From Schmidtea polychroa (Eukaryota): a DNA stretch of 64,000 bases. How positions within the stretch are numbered: the first letter of the stretch is position 1; each line of letters starts with the position of its first letter. Position numbers and translations under genes: made by a program. The stretch spans positions 24,056,001 through 24,120,000 of the forward strand of contig CM097887.1 in the NCBI GenBank assembly GCA_044892525.1, given 5' to 3'. Positions 22,090 to 35,650 of the stretch are shown in pieces. A model generated the notes under the pieces. The model made no database searches, was not told where the DNA came from, and worked only from the letters and a program-made list of their open reading frames with translations.

Positions 22090-23128
22090 ATGACACAAGA
22101 AAGAACTGAGGTTTCAAACCACGAGCTAAGAATCAATAAAGTACACAGAGAAAGATGGGCCAAAGTGATGGCACAACTAGCAAATCAGACACGAAACTAT
22201 CTCGAAGAAGCAAGAGAATGGGAGAACCACCAATTCCAGTGGTTGGTGCAAAATTTGCGAGCAGAGGCAGAGGCATGTAAAAGAGCCGCCAAGTGGTCAG
22301 CATTAGAGAGTACTAGACAGGAAGCGCACGGTCACTACCTAAAACAATTGGTACAGGAGTCGAGAAAAAGACTGACCGACGAGAAGAAAAAACGGGAGGT
22401 AGAAAAACAAAAAGAGGAAAGGAAATCTCGTCAACTATTGGCAGAAGCCAGAAAGTGGAAAAGACAACATCGGGAAATTAAAAAAGAGATGAGAGAATTA
22501 CCTCAGAGGCTAGAATACGAAAGTGAGCAGGGAAAATGGGAAGAAAACCGTGACCAAAGAAAAGAGCTAAGAAGGCTCAGGAAAAACGCCGCCCGAAGTC
22601 AAACCTGGCAGACCAAGGCCATGGAATTTGAAAGGCATCTGGCCATGAAATTATCTATAAAAGAACAGGAAAATACTGCCATGGAAGAGATGATCCTGCA
22701 ACAGTCAGGGAGAATCGTTGAACTCGTGAATAAGGTGACAGACCTCGAAAGAGACAATAACGGCTATAAAGGGGCACTAGAACAACGGAACATAGTGCTA
22801 GCCGGAAAGAATAAAAAAATGGGAAAACGAAAGGAAGATGTATGATGAAAACATCAAGAACCTGGAAAAGGAGATCAAAAAATGGGAAAACGGCGAAAAG
22901 GCGGACGAGTTAGAAAAACAGATAGAAGTAAGAGATGATGAAACCAGGTATCTGACATACCTGTTAGACGAGGAACTTAACGTCTCAAGAGCACTGAGAG
23001 GCGAAGTTCAGGAGCTCAGAGCTCAGCTTCCTAGATATTATATCCCATTCGACCCAATCGCACTCCATCTACAAGCGTCAGTAGAAAGCGATGAAGGATA
23101 TGTGGGTCAAGAAGAAACGTTTGTATAA
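22090..23128 (+). CDS. Two overlapping orphan coiled-coil ORFs (22090-22845, 22838-23128)
   Basis: Long E/K/R-rich helical frames; may be one frameshifted gene. Followed by A18 at 23175-23192. Confidence 0.6.
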
Positions 23129-23298
23129 CAACCAACAGAAAAGATAAAAAATATAAAATCTGGACCTGTATCCCAAAAAAAAAAAAAAAAAATTAATAGC
23201 ATGGTAAAAGTATGACCCTGATTATATAAATTACATATAAATGTATAAGTATAAGCCGCACTGTAGCGCAATTATTAATTATGTATATATTATAGAAA

Positions 23299-24018
23299 AT
23301 GAACACTGAAAACGAACAACCCATCATAACATCTATAATCGAGCTAGAAGAGGGAGAAACTGAAGTAGAAGAAGTGGAGAGGAAGAAAACTATCAAGGAA
23401 GAATTACAAAAGGAGAGACAAGAAAACGAAAGATTAGTAGAAAGATGGAGGGATAATCGAAAAATGATTAAAGTATTGAAAAAAGAATATACCTTGTTAG
23501 GAGAAGTAAAAAAAGAAGTAGAGGAAGAAAACGAATGGTTTCACGAACAAAGAAAGCGAGGGAGAAATTGGGAAAAGTTCGCGGAAGAATTATGGCAGGA
23601 AAGAGCCAGTCTCAAGGCAAATGGAGTGATCGAAGATTACTGGAAAATAGAAGCGAGGAAACGACAGGAAACTATCAAAGAACTAGAAAACCAGCTGGAA
23701 GTAAAAGTACAGGAAAGTGCAAAAATGGAAAAATGGAGCAATAAATACCGAGAGATAGAGACAAAACAGCGGAAACAAAATCGAAAGACAAACGATCCAG
23801 AGGAAAATGATTTCCTATAATTGGAGCTGGAACGGAACCTGGAAGAGAAGAAGAAGATAAAAACCTTGAAAAGAGAGATAAGACGCTTGACAAACAAGGT
23901 CCAGGAGAAAGATAGACAACTAGAAATGTTGCCGGAACTCCGACATAGGGTCATTAAAGCAGAGTCTAAATTAATGCGAATCCGAGAGAAAGACCCTAAA
24001 AAGAAACGACAAAATTAA
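23299..24018 (+). pseudogene. Orphan coiled-coil gene with one in-frame stop (23818-23820)
   Basis: ORFs 23299-23820 and 23821-24018 are contiguous and in the same frame. Confidence 0.55.
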
Positions 24019-24062
24019 AACCAACAAAAAGCGATGTATATAAATGTGTATAAAATAACTAA

Positions 24063-24725
24063 ATGTATACCAGTATCATGAGAAGCCAACCGATCATAGT
24101 AACGCTGATGATGATGATAATTCTTGATCTGACAAGGCGACAACCAGTGAAACCCCAAATCGAACAGGTTCGAGACAGCAGAAAATCCAATCAGAAAACC
24201 GAACCGACAACCCCATCGTGCACCTACTCAAATGCAATAAAAACCAATCTTATCAATAACCTTCGAGCAACCCGAAACTACATCAACAACATCAGAATCA
24301 TGTGTAACCACAACCCTATGTGTAAAATTATCGATAAAAGAATCCTGGACCAAATTCACCAACTCGATCAACTGGAACAGCAAGTCCAACATCAAGAAAT
24401 GCAAAACCCAGTCGAACAAGTAAAAAGCCCCAACGGAACAAATGACAACCATGAACTCCTCTACGTGGTAATCGCCGATACCACCGTAATCATGGTAATC
24501 ACTCTCCTAAAAATCCATAATATCTACAAAGTTTGGAAGAAAAGTCACCCCGTACCGGAAAGATCATCTAGAAGATCTCATGAAGCTATTATGGCTGACG
24601 TAATCCAAGAAAATTTCCGACAACGAACCTCCATCGCAGAAACAGTCAGACCGTCCACAAGTCGCCGAATATACTACAACATCGAACCCCAACAATCCAA
24701 TCACCCATCATCAACAGAAAACTGA
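24063..24725 (+). CDS. Orphan predicted single-pass membrane protein
   Basis: N-terminal hydrophobic stretch (IIVTLMMMIIL) and second hydrophobic stretch (LLYVVIADTTVIMVITLL). C-rich composition unlike neighbouring ORFs. Confidence 0.55.
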   Translation: MYTSIMRSQPIIVTLMMMIILDLTRRQPVKPQIEQVRDSRKSNQKTEPTTPSCTYSNAIKTNLINNLRATRNYINNIRIMCNHNPMCKIIDKRILDQIHQLDQLEQQVQHQEMQNPVEQVKSPNGTNDNHELLYVVIADTTVIMVITLLKIHNIYKVWKKSHPVPERSSRRSHEAIMADVIQENFRQRTSIAETVRPSTSRRIYYNIEPQQSNHPSSTEN

Positions 24726-24994
24726 ACAACAAACATAACATTTTGAACTGTAACTATTGACAAAATTATTGCTGTTTTATTATTATATGATGAAACCGGT
24801 CACCTTAAGTGGCCACTGCTAGCTTACATTTGTCATTTTCTCTGCTTAATTAAAGTATTAGTTAGTTAATTTGATTTGTACGTTTGTGTGAATCTCAGTT
24901 GTGAGGTTATGTGCTATGCCGAAAGAGGGTATGGTCTGAATGTATGATATTATGTGAATTGCGGGGCGCAATTTTAACGGGCCCCGGAGTGATT

Positions 24995-25187
24995 TGTTGG
25001 GCTAAAGGTGGAGGTGGCGAAAACTGGATCAAATAGGGAAACGAACCCCGGGAAAAATTAAATGAAATAGGATAATAAATAAATCAGCACCAAATCCCGG
25101 TAGTAAATAGGGAGAAACAATAAAATATCAATAAAAGAATAAGAATAAGCAACCAAATAAATAAAACCCCTAAAAGTTGAAAATAAG
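24995..25187 (+). repeat. A1 3' LTR, 5' portion
   Basis: Matches 4814-5006 with one substitution seen. Confidence 0.9.
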
Positions 25188-25444
25188 TGTTAGAAAAAGA
25201 CATAGTTTCACAGAAATATTTATTCACTACAAAAATCTAAACGGAACACACAATCGTTATACTATTTATAGTACATTGAATTGCGTAATCTACAAAAGGG
25301 AGAATTATTAGTTTAAGTGATACTGTTGACACAGAAGACAAACATACTTAATTTAGTTATACAAGCATTCCCGCATCATTCAATAGATATCAAGGTCTAG
25401 TGACCTGGTTATGTAAGTAATTCTTTGGAAATTATTATATCATC

Positions 25445-28400
25445 TTACATCCCCCTCCATTTAAAACTTTTGATCCATTCTACATTTCGAATTATTTCTT
25501 TGCCTTGCTTATTCTTTAGAACATAGCTTCTGTCATGTCGTTTTCCAGTTATTTCATAAGGCCCTTCATAACGTTCATCCATCTTTCTAGTATTTTCTTT
25601 TTTAACCAATACTTGGTCTCCAACTTCAAAATTCCTATAATTTTGTGTAATTAAATTCTTTTCTATGTTTTGTTTATGTTTAATTCCCTCCACGATCTCC
25701 CTTCTCCGATTATTAGCATCATTATTTTGTATATCCAAATTCTCTTTTTCCATCCATTGTCTACAAATATTCCGCCCAAATATTATTTCAGAGGGCGAAA
25801 ATCCGGTTGTCTGCTGTATCGTCGCATTTAACATAAATTCCACATCGGGCAATATTTCTGCCCAATCTTAATGCCGTTTGTCTTTTAACGTAATTGCAAT
25901 TGCATCCCTTATAGTTCTAAATTGCCTCTCAACTAAACCGTTTGTACTATGATGATATGGGCTTGAATATATTATTGTAATATGATGCGTTTTCAACACT
26001 TCTAAAAGTAGTTGAGATTCAAATGTCTTTCCTCTATCGGATTGAATGATTTTAGGAGCACCAAATTTCAAAATCCAATTTTCTCTTAAAATCTTTGCCG
26101 TCGTCTTTTCATCCTGATGAGCAACTGCCGTCAATGATATATACCTACTGAATTGATCAATTATAGCTAAAATATATTGTTTTCCATGAATTGTTTTCTT
26201 AAATGGTCCGCAGAAATCAATAAATATCTCTTTGAAAACTTCATCTGTACTCTGTTTAATCAGCGGTTCTTTTGTTCGTCTTGTCCACGTCTTCCGTTTC
26301 TGACACTGTTCACAATTTTCAATCACTCTTCTAACTTCATTTTCACTAATTTTCATTTTCATTTTTTTCCGTGCATATTCGTAAATTTTTTTTACCCCTG
26401 CGTGACATAAGTCTTTATGTATATTTAAAATTACACCTTCATTATTTACTTTTATTTCTTGGTCCATATTTTCTATGGCCAATATTTTAGTTTTATTTTT
26501 ATCTACCTTGGCGTTTTCATGAACTGTTTGGCACTGACTACATGAAGTACAGTCTTTCCTTGATAGGGCATCTGCGTTAGCATGCAATTCTCCTTTTCTG
26601 TATTCTAATTTGATATCTAGCCCACTTAAATAGTTAATCCATGTCTGGAATTGTGCTGTAATTGGCTTTTTTGTATTTATCATAAAGGTTATAGCTTTAT
26701 GATCGGTTCTTAAAGTAAATCTTTTTCCATATAGATAGTGTTTGAAATGCTGAGTAAAATGATAGATTGCAAGCAATTCCTTTCGCGTAATGCAGTAACC
26801 GATTTCGTGCTTATTCATTGTCTTTGATCCATATGCAATAACTTGTTCTTGTCCATTACTACTCAACTGCGAAAGCACTCCCCCAATCGTATCGAAACTA
26901 GCATCTGTATCTAAAATAAAGGTTTTTCGTAAATCCGGAAATCCTAGTACTGGGGTAGACGTTAACGCTTTCTTTAGCGTGTTGAAATTTGTTTCACATT
27001 CTTTAGTCCATATAAGTTTATCTTTGTTAGACCCACATAACCTTTCTAATGGTCTTGCATACTTGGCGTAATCTTTAACAAATTTTCGATAATAATTTGT
27101 TAAGACTAGAAAGCTTCTTAAACAGTTTAATACATTTTGGTTTTTCATATTCTTGCATTGCTTTTATCTTTTCATAATCTGTCTTAATACCATTTTTATT
27201 TATAATGTGTCCCAAAAATTTTATTTCTAGTTTGTTAAAACAACATTTTTCTAAGCTTATTTTCAAACCAGCTTCTTGAATCTTTCGAAAAACTCTTTCT
27301 AGTCTTTTTTTATGTTCGATTTCATTGTCTGCAAATATAAGGATATCGTCTAAATAAACAATTGCTTCTCTTCAATTAAGGTCACCCAAAACTTGAGTCA
27401 TTAATTTTTGAAAAGTTGCTGGGGCAGCTGCAATTCTAAAAGGCATTTGGTTAAAACAATATTGACCATCTTTTGTTGAAAATGCAGTCTTTATTTTTGA
27501 TTCCTCTTCTAATTCCACTTGATAATAAGCATTACCAAGATCGATAGTGCTAAATATCTGTGCTCCATTTAGGATATCCATCATCTCTTCAATATTTGGT
27601 ATTGGAAATCGAGGTCTCTCCTTAATTGCATTTAGTGCCCGAAAATCCAAACATATTCTAATATCTGATTTATTCTTTTTTAACACACATACCAATGGGC
27701 TATTCCACACCGAGTCACTTTTTTTTATAATTCCTGCTTCTTCCATGTCTTTTAGCAAGTCTTGTATTTTGTGAGCAATATGAATCGGCTGACGTCTAGG
27801 ATTAATTGTCACTGGGCTACCTCTAGTAACTATCTTATGTTTAATTAACTGTGTTTTTCCTACATCCCATTTATTTTTCATGAATATATCCGAAAATTCT
27901 TTAAGTAATTTATTAATCGTTGGGTCGATAATTCCTTTCAAATTGTTTTCCTCTAAATTCATTAATTGATTTTTTAATTTTACTTTAGTTACTGCCTGTA
28001 ATTTAATATCAAAACAATTCATCATTTCTACGCCTGCAATTACGCTCGGGTTAATCTTATTTGCCACAAAGAATCTTATTACCAATTCTAATCCCGAAAT
28101 TCTCACTTTTAGTAATATTGTTCCTATGATTTTAAGTGTGCTCTCGTTTGCACATGTAACCATAATATTGGATTCCCTTATTTTATCACGCATCTTTAAT
28201 TTACTAACAACATCTTCGCTAATCACGTTTATTCTAGCCCCGGTATCCAAAAGACAATCAACTTTTATTTTATTTTCCAGCCAAATACCTACACTAGGTC
28301 TGCCATTCATTCTTTCGTAAACGAATTTAGGTGCAAAAGGTCTTTCTTTATTTTCATTAACTTTATTATTAATTATATCGATACTCATAATCTTATCAAT

Positions 28401-28640
28401 TTTGTTATTAATTTCATAAAAACTATATTCAAAATAATTTTCAAAGTCAAAACATTCACAATCATTCATAATTACATCATTAATTTTTAAATCATCTTTA
28501 AATTCATTCATTACGGAAATCTTGAAATCACAAGCATTCAAATTCAAACATTCTGTGTCAACAATATACTTACTTAAACCAAATTTATGGCTCCTAGCAA
28601 CTCCCTTGAAACTGGAGCCTCCCCTTTTAGCTGTTCGCAA
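25445..28640 (-). pseudogene. pol: Element B pol (PR-RT-RH-IN), frameshifted
   Basis: LLDTGA, YLDD, DTDAS, HKDLCHAG..CEQC, FIDFCGP, SDRG, GLVERQFRT. Confidence 0.93.
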
Positions 28641-29645
28641 TCTTTTTGCATGTCATCCTGTTGAATCAGCTCTCCTTCCTCGTATTCGTAGTCGTATATC
28701 GCATTGCATTGTCTTCGATGTGGTCCTCTGTCTGAAGATTGGTTTCTGCTTTGATATTGTCCTCTGGATCCAAATTGTTTTTGATTTCTATCATAATTTC
28801 TTCCGTTGTAATATGCTTCTGTTTTAACTGAATTTCTTCTGATGTCCCAACATTGATACTTGAAATGACCATTTTTGGAACATTGAGAGCATTTTACGTT
28901 TGGGCATTCTGCTCGAATATGTCCTTGCTCTCCACACGCCCAACATCTCTGCAGTTTAAATCGCCTGGTCCCGTTCTTCCAGTCACTTTTATTTGGCATA
29001 TTGAAGTTCGCGGCCTCATTGGTTCTAGAGTTAGAAAATATTGGCGTCTTATTCTGTTGGTACAACTGAGTTTTTCTCGGACTTTTGACTGTCTCCGCAT
29101 ATGATTTATTTTCATGTAGAGATGCTAAGGATTGTTCACTTGAAAGCTCTTTTTGAATTTCTTATATTCTTGATATCACTTCCTGCCTTATCTACTGATT
29201 TAACTTCTCTTAATTTCAATTCTTTTTTTGTTTCCATATCTTCCATTGCATTCTGCATTAAAAATAACATTAATGCCGGTTTTGTTAACTTGTGTCGAAG
29301 AACATTGTCGACGAGCTTTTCCACTTTATTGAAAAATTCCGTGCACGAGTCATTTCCTTTTCGATATCTTAAAGCTGCGTCTAGATCCATGGCTAGATTT
29401 TTCCTTGGCTCGAACGCTTTTCTTAATCTTTCTTCATAGCCTGAATAATCGCTCTGTACTTCTTCATATTTCTGGATCAACTCCACCGACAGAAAGGCCT
29501 TAGTAACAATTTCTTGAATTTCTTGCGGTTGTTGAGTGAATTCGAAAAATCTCTTCAATTCCAAAATAAAATTTTCTAAATCACCATTTGGCAGCAATTG
29601 ATTAGGTGGCTTGATATAGTTCTGGAGTCCTGGCGTGGTCGCCAT
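28574..29645 (-). pseudogene. gag: Element B gag (split)
   Basis: ORFs 29136-29669 and 28574-29065; CWACGEQGHIRAEC and CSQCSKNGHFKYQC knuckles. Confidence 0.9.
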
Positions 29646-31229
29646 GTTAGAAAAAGACATTAGTTTCACAGAAATATTTATTCACTACAAAAATCTAACC
29701 GGAACACACAATCTTTATACTATTTATAGTACATTGAATTGCGTAATCTACAAAAGGGAGAATTATTAGTTTAAGTGATACTGTTGAACAGAAGACAAAC
29801 ATACTTACTTAATTTAGTTATACAAGAAAAAAAAATCAAATTTTATTATAATACATCCACAGGCCAGTTGGCCAAGAAGGGGAGAGATTCTCACCTTTAT
29901 GAAGTCTGGAGCTCTTAATTCAATGATCCATGGATACCAGTGTTACTAAACTCCGGTATCAGAACGGTGTTTTTCCCGAAAATTTCATTTGGGTTTGTGG
30001 TTAGAGCTTCGGAGAGGTCTGAATAGATTGGGTATCGTTGATCCAAGCTTCAGAGAGGTCTGGGTGGGTTGAGATAGTAGAGTTGTTGAGGTCAGCCATT
30101 TGCGATGATGACAGGATAATATCCTAAATAAATAAATGTCGGGGCAGGAAGGCTCCCTTGCGATGTTTATAGCGGTAATAGGTGTTTATTATTATAATAT
30201 ATATTAGAAGGAGTTGGTGAAGGTTGTGATAGTATAGTAGTAATAGTATAGTAATATTGATATAATATTGATAGGAACAACTAAAAAGACCACCAAATAG
30301 GCAGAATCCCTACAAGGATTCCTACATTAACCCATTTGGTGATTGACATTTACTATATACATTATAAATAATAATAGATATAATAGTAATAGTAGGTAAA
30401 AATAATAATACTAGATATAATAGTCATAATAATAATAATAATAGTAATAATAACAATAATAAAGAAAAAATAAAATGACAAAATTAATAATAATAATAGT
30501 TACATTAAAGGGTAGCACTATTATAACGATAGTAATAAGAGGTCATTAGGGTATTTACGTATTTTTATGGGTAGGTTAGATTAGAGAGTTTAGAATTTTA
30601 AATTTAGGAGTTGAGTATTTTATTTGTTTTAGTTTTAAAGTATGTTCCAAAATATAATTAGTATATAATTGTGTAATAGTAGTATTAGATTAGTAGTAAT
30701 AGTAATAATAATAGTAGATAGTAGTATAATAGTAATAGTAGATAAAGTAATAATACTAGATATAATAGTCATAATAATAATAATAGTAATAACAATAACA
30801 ATAACAAAGACAAAGATAAAATGACAAAATTAATAATAATAAAATAATAGTTACATTAAAAGGTAGCACTATTATAACGGTAGTAATAAGAGGTCATTAG
30901 GGTATTTACGTATTTTTATGGGTAGGTTAGATAAGGGAGTTTAGAATATTAAATTTAGGAGTTGAGTATTTTATTTGTTTTAGTTTATAAGTATGTTCCA
31001 AAATATAATTAGTATATAATTGTGTAATAATAATAGTAGTTTATTAGATTAGTTTTGTAGATAATAACCATAATACACAAATAATACTGAGATAATGCTC
31101 TGAATACATATTATATAATAATATCTAGGTTTAAAGTTTGGTTTAGCAAGAGACATATGAGAAGTTTAAGGGGCGAAATATAATAACCATAGAATGCGAA
31201 TAAATAAAAGATGCTTTGTCTACAAAATA

Positions 31230-31231
<2 letters not shown>

Positions 31232-31266
<35 letters not shown>
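31232..31266. repeat. (TA)n microsatellite
   Basis: Direct read; abuts the ORF2 stop. Confidence 0.95.
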
Positions 31267-31267
<1 letters not shown>

Positions 31268-31270
<3 letters not shown>

Positions 31271-34200
31271 ATTTATGTAAATGTGTTGGCGATATATTTG
31301 GTAGCTGCTATTGATTGCAGCTACACAAGCTTTTTTGGAAAGCTCCTTTATTTCATTGTTGCATAGGCCAATAATTCTAAGTATTGAGTCATTATTTTTA
31401 TCCCATGAACCAAGGGTGCCAATTACAAGAGCATGTAAGGTGTGTGGGCATTTATGGAGTCTACCAATTTCCTCGCCCAGTTCTTTATATTTATTGTAGT
31501 TGTTTTTCCTAGAGTTGTCGTAGTTTTCTCTGGAGTCAAAAGGAACCTTAATGTCTAGGATGTGTATAGCTTTGTTTCGTTTGGATTTTAAGAGAAGGTC
31601 AGGTTTAAGAGTGGAGTTGGTACCTTCCGGTATTTTCTCTATGTCAACTTCATAGTTGACAGAGATAAGAAAGTTTGCCACAGTTTCTAAGACGTTTTCG
31701 TGCTTATTTCGTCTTGCATTAATACGTGCTTGGCAGTGGTTGAAGATGTGTGCAGGTGTTTCAGGATGAGCATGGCAGTGCCGGCAGAGTATTGATTTAT
31801 TAGTTTTAAGGCGGTGTGGTGAATAGTTTAGTTTTAAAATGTTGTTGCGTGCGCGAATAAGAAAAAGGAATTGGGCATCAGGAAGGATGTCACTTTTAAA
31901 GAAATAGTCAGCAATGCTGCTTTCACTAATTGCTCTTGCCATATAGCCCTGGCATTTCATCGCACACCAACGTTCAGCATAGATAAGTCCAATGATAGTG
32001 TGTAGTTCAGCTGATGTTCTATCTACATTACCAAGGGAGAAATAATTGATGCGACTCTTGTATTTTATTTCAAGCTGTAAGAGGTCCTCAAGCATCACAA
32101 TTTTGGTTGATATACCATATTGGTGAAGCAGACGTCGGGCGGATTTTTTAAATTTCGAGAAGATGGAGAAAGTTGGATAGCTTTTAGATATCTGGCCATT
32201 CAGCCAAGACAGTGCGACATTTAGATCTCCCTGTCCTCTAGCTTCAATAAGTTCGGAGGTAATGAGATTCTTGAAGTTAAGATCACTAGAGTTTAAAGCC
32301 CTAATAAGTTGGACAATACTTTGAATAAGGTATTCGTCAATGGAAGATACAAGTCCAAGGCCGCCCAGCTTGCAAGCTGCATATAGGAAATTGTCATTCA
32401 GTTGCATTATCTTATCTCCGATGGATCTTTTAATACCCTGTTTTATTTGCAGGTCAAATCCATATTGTTGTTTTTCAGAGCTACGGAGGATGTTGCGTGG
32501 AGAGTCAAGAATGTTATGGTTAATAACACAATTCCTAAAAGTAAAGTTCAAGCGGGAGTGGATGAAGACTTTAAAGGCGTTAATTTTTTGGGAAGGATGT
32601 AAATGAGAGTTGAGGATTTTGTTTGTGTCTTGAATTGCGGAGTCAAGTCTTTCATTGATGCAGTGTTTGGTTTTATGGGAGAAGTCTACCCCTAGATATC
32701 TGTACATGTTAGATTCATCGATCTTTGGTAGGGTTTCACCATAGAGTAGAATGGGTTGGTAGTTGCAGTCATGGTCAACGTGGAAGTATCCAGATTTCGA
32801 AGGTTTAAAACGCAGATTGACTTTTGTTGCAAGGGAGACAGTAAGAGATAGGGCCGACTTGATGTTGGGATAAGAATCAGATATGAGTACTATATCGTCA
32901 GCATATGCAAGGATGCTAATGTTGTGATTATGAAAAAGAAATGGATGAGTTTGTAATACATTGCGGAGTATGAAATCAATGGATAAACAGAACAGAGTCA
33001 TGGACAAGGGGCAGTCTTGTTTCACGCCTTTATATATTGGTGTATAATCAGATTTTTCTCCCTCACAATCGAAGTAAGTTTGTACATTGTTGTACATGTC
33101 TTGAAGAAGAGCAATAGTAGTGGAGTGGACACCCATCCCTGAAAGAGTGTGCCAGATGAGTTCGTGTGGGATTGATCCAAAGGCATCAACTATATCCAGC
33201 CAAACGATATGTAGGTCAGTTTTCTTACGATAAGAAGAGTCTTTTATAAGGTGTAGGATGAGATTGTGTTCAGCACATCCATCCGGTGCGCAGATAGCTT
33301 TTTGATTAGATGTTAGGAGATTTCCTGTACTGATCCATTCAAGAAGACGGTTATTCATCAGTGAGGCGAATATCCTATAGGCAGTGTTCATTATTGAGAT
33401 CGGTCTCCAAGAGTTAGCCTCATGGCTTATTTCAGCTTTACCAGCTTTAAGAATGAGTCGGGTACGAAAGGATTTCCAGCATATTGGTGATCTGGAATTA
33501 CGAAGGATGTTGTTACATAAGGCAAGGATGAGCTCAAAGTTAGGAGATATCTTTCTCCAATCGCTTAGGGAGATTTTATCGGTACCAGGGGCAGTATTGT
33601 CGAGTTGGCAGAAGATACTTTTAATGTCATCAATGTCAAAGGGAATGATGGTTAATGATTCAGAGAGTGCTGGGTACTGATAGTTAAGGTTAAATGTGCA
33701 ATCGGAGGTTTTGCTAGCAAAAAGTTTTAAAATATGATCCATATTTGGTGTATGTGTTTTCATTTGATTATTTAAGATTTTTGAAATTTCCTCTTTAGGA
33801 GCAAATTTATATTTTTGTCTCTTGGTAAATACCAGCTCTTTACTAACCTTATAATTTTTGTGAATAATGTCCGATGCTTTCTTTGTGATGTATTTATGAG
33901 GATTAATGCTTCCATTAATTCTCTCAATCTCACTTAAGGCAGCATCGCATTCAATTAGATTGTTATTTAGATTAATAATTAGACAATTGATAAATGGTCG
34001 GAATTTCCGCACATCATCATTTGGCAATTTGCAATAATTATAATTATTTATAGTAGTTTTAATATCATTAATCATATTAGTTACATTAGGGCAAGTTAAT
34101 TTTTTACGTTTAATAAGGCATTCGATAAAGTGGCATATATAGAAAGCAGAGTCTGTAGGTACGAAGCAACGAGGGTATGCAGGATTTTGAAGTACAATTT

Positions 34201-35650
34201 GGACAGGGCTTACAATTTTTTGGAGATCAAGAATGGTTTCGAGGATATTCTGAGCTAATAAAAGGTGAGTAGAGAGGCTATCGTCAAGAAGCGGGTCAAT
34301 GAGTACAGCAAGTTTACGATGTTTGTCAAGTAGAAAGAAGAACCAGTTGTCTTTACCATCAGACATGGGCATGATAATCTCATTCCAGTGAGCAAATTCA
34401 GAGAAAGGAAAGGTGGCAAAGAAGGTTACATAGTTATGCTGAATAAGTGCATTTCCTATGAATGGGTCTACAAAAATAGAAGAGTTTTTCAAGGCATTTG
34501 AAAAGATATATGCCTTGATTGCATGTTGTGACCATCATGTCGACTCCTTCTCAACATTATTACCGAAGATAAGGATATCAGGAAGGGGACGTTTGACAAT
34601 TTCGCTTTCAGAGAAGGTAGCCTCAAATTCTTGCGACTCAAGAATTGGGCGCAAGTTGTTCACATTTTCAGGGGGGCTATCCTGTATTTGGGAGATCACA
34701 AGCGGAGTGGGGATATTGCCTGGATACACATAAGGTTCTGGGTGATATTCGAGGATATGTTGTCGAATAAGGTGATGGGAGATCCATGATCCACAGAAGC
34801 AGTATATTTCCTCGTCAGGGTAAAAGATAAGTTTTTTATGTTTGACCTTTATGTGGTTAATAATGGTCATAAGGGGGGTGTCGATGTCAAAGATGGTTTT
34901 ACATTTATTGCGATTTTTACTATAGTTGAAGCATATGAGGTTATTGGAGGGTGAAATCCGGATTTCAGCGCGGCTCATATATTCCAGGTCGCATTGGTCT
35001 ATGTGTTGAAAGTGGGTGATGTGATTATAAATTTGTTTGAAAGTTATTGGATTTGGCGCAAATTTATTCTCACCAGGAGTTCTACATTGAATGCAATCGA
35101 TAAGAGTATTTTCGTCAATTTTTAATCTATGAAAGTCCCACGCGTGCTTAAAGATTTTTTTGCGATTATGGACAGAAACAGGACTGCAAAGTGTTGTCCT
35201 GCATTTGGACCTGCATTCGATTTTGCCCCTACCATTAAGTTTGAGAAGTATTTTGTTATCAAGTTCACTCTCATCTGCTGTTTTTGGGACGAAGGTATTG
35301 CGTGTGTGTTTGGCCAATGTTATGGGTGTGAGGTATTTAGAAGATGGGGCAGGGATATTATTCGCAATCACTTGTATTTTTTTATTAAATACTTCCATTT
35401 GTGATTGTATTCTTAATGCCTCTTGGATTTCGTTGCATTCAGATTCAGAAGGAGTAGGTGCGGTGACTTTAGGTGTACTGCTAAGCTCAGTAGCGTTGGT
35501 AGTTTTAGATTGGATAAATTCAGGTGTATTATGAAGAGAGGCAGTTGTCATAGGGTGTAGGTCAGTGTTGTTGTTGGAAGAGGAAGAGGCTGTGGGCTGG
35601 AGAGGTGGTTCTTGGTCGATAGAGGCTACACTGCTGCTCGATAGATTCAC
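31268..35650 (-). pseudogene. NeSL-like ORF2: C2H2 fingers - protease-like - RT - RLE (one in-frame TGA at 34535)
   Basis: ORFs 34535-35650 and 31268-34492 are in the same frame. Motifs WRPIS, GVKQDCPLS, LAYADD, CRHC..ETPAHIFNHC. Confidence 0.9.

Larger units (their letters stand above)
25188..29826 (-). mobile_element. Ty3/Gypsy element B (5' LTR truncated)
   Basis: 3' LTR 25188-25449, PPT aaatggaggggga, truncated 5' LTR 29645-29826, PBS TGGCGACCACG (tRNA-Arg type). Confidence 0.93.

Noticed and set aside
24055-24066. Poxvirus-like late promoter TAAATG before a cassette ORF
   Set aside because: Single instance; the other ORFs only have the AAAATG context expected in AT-rich DNA.
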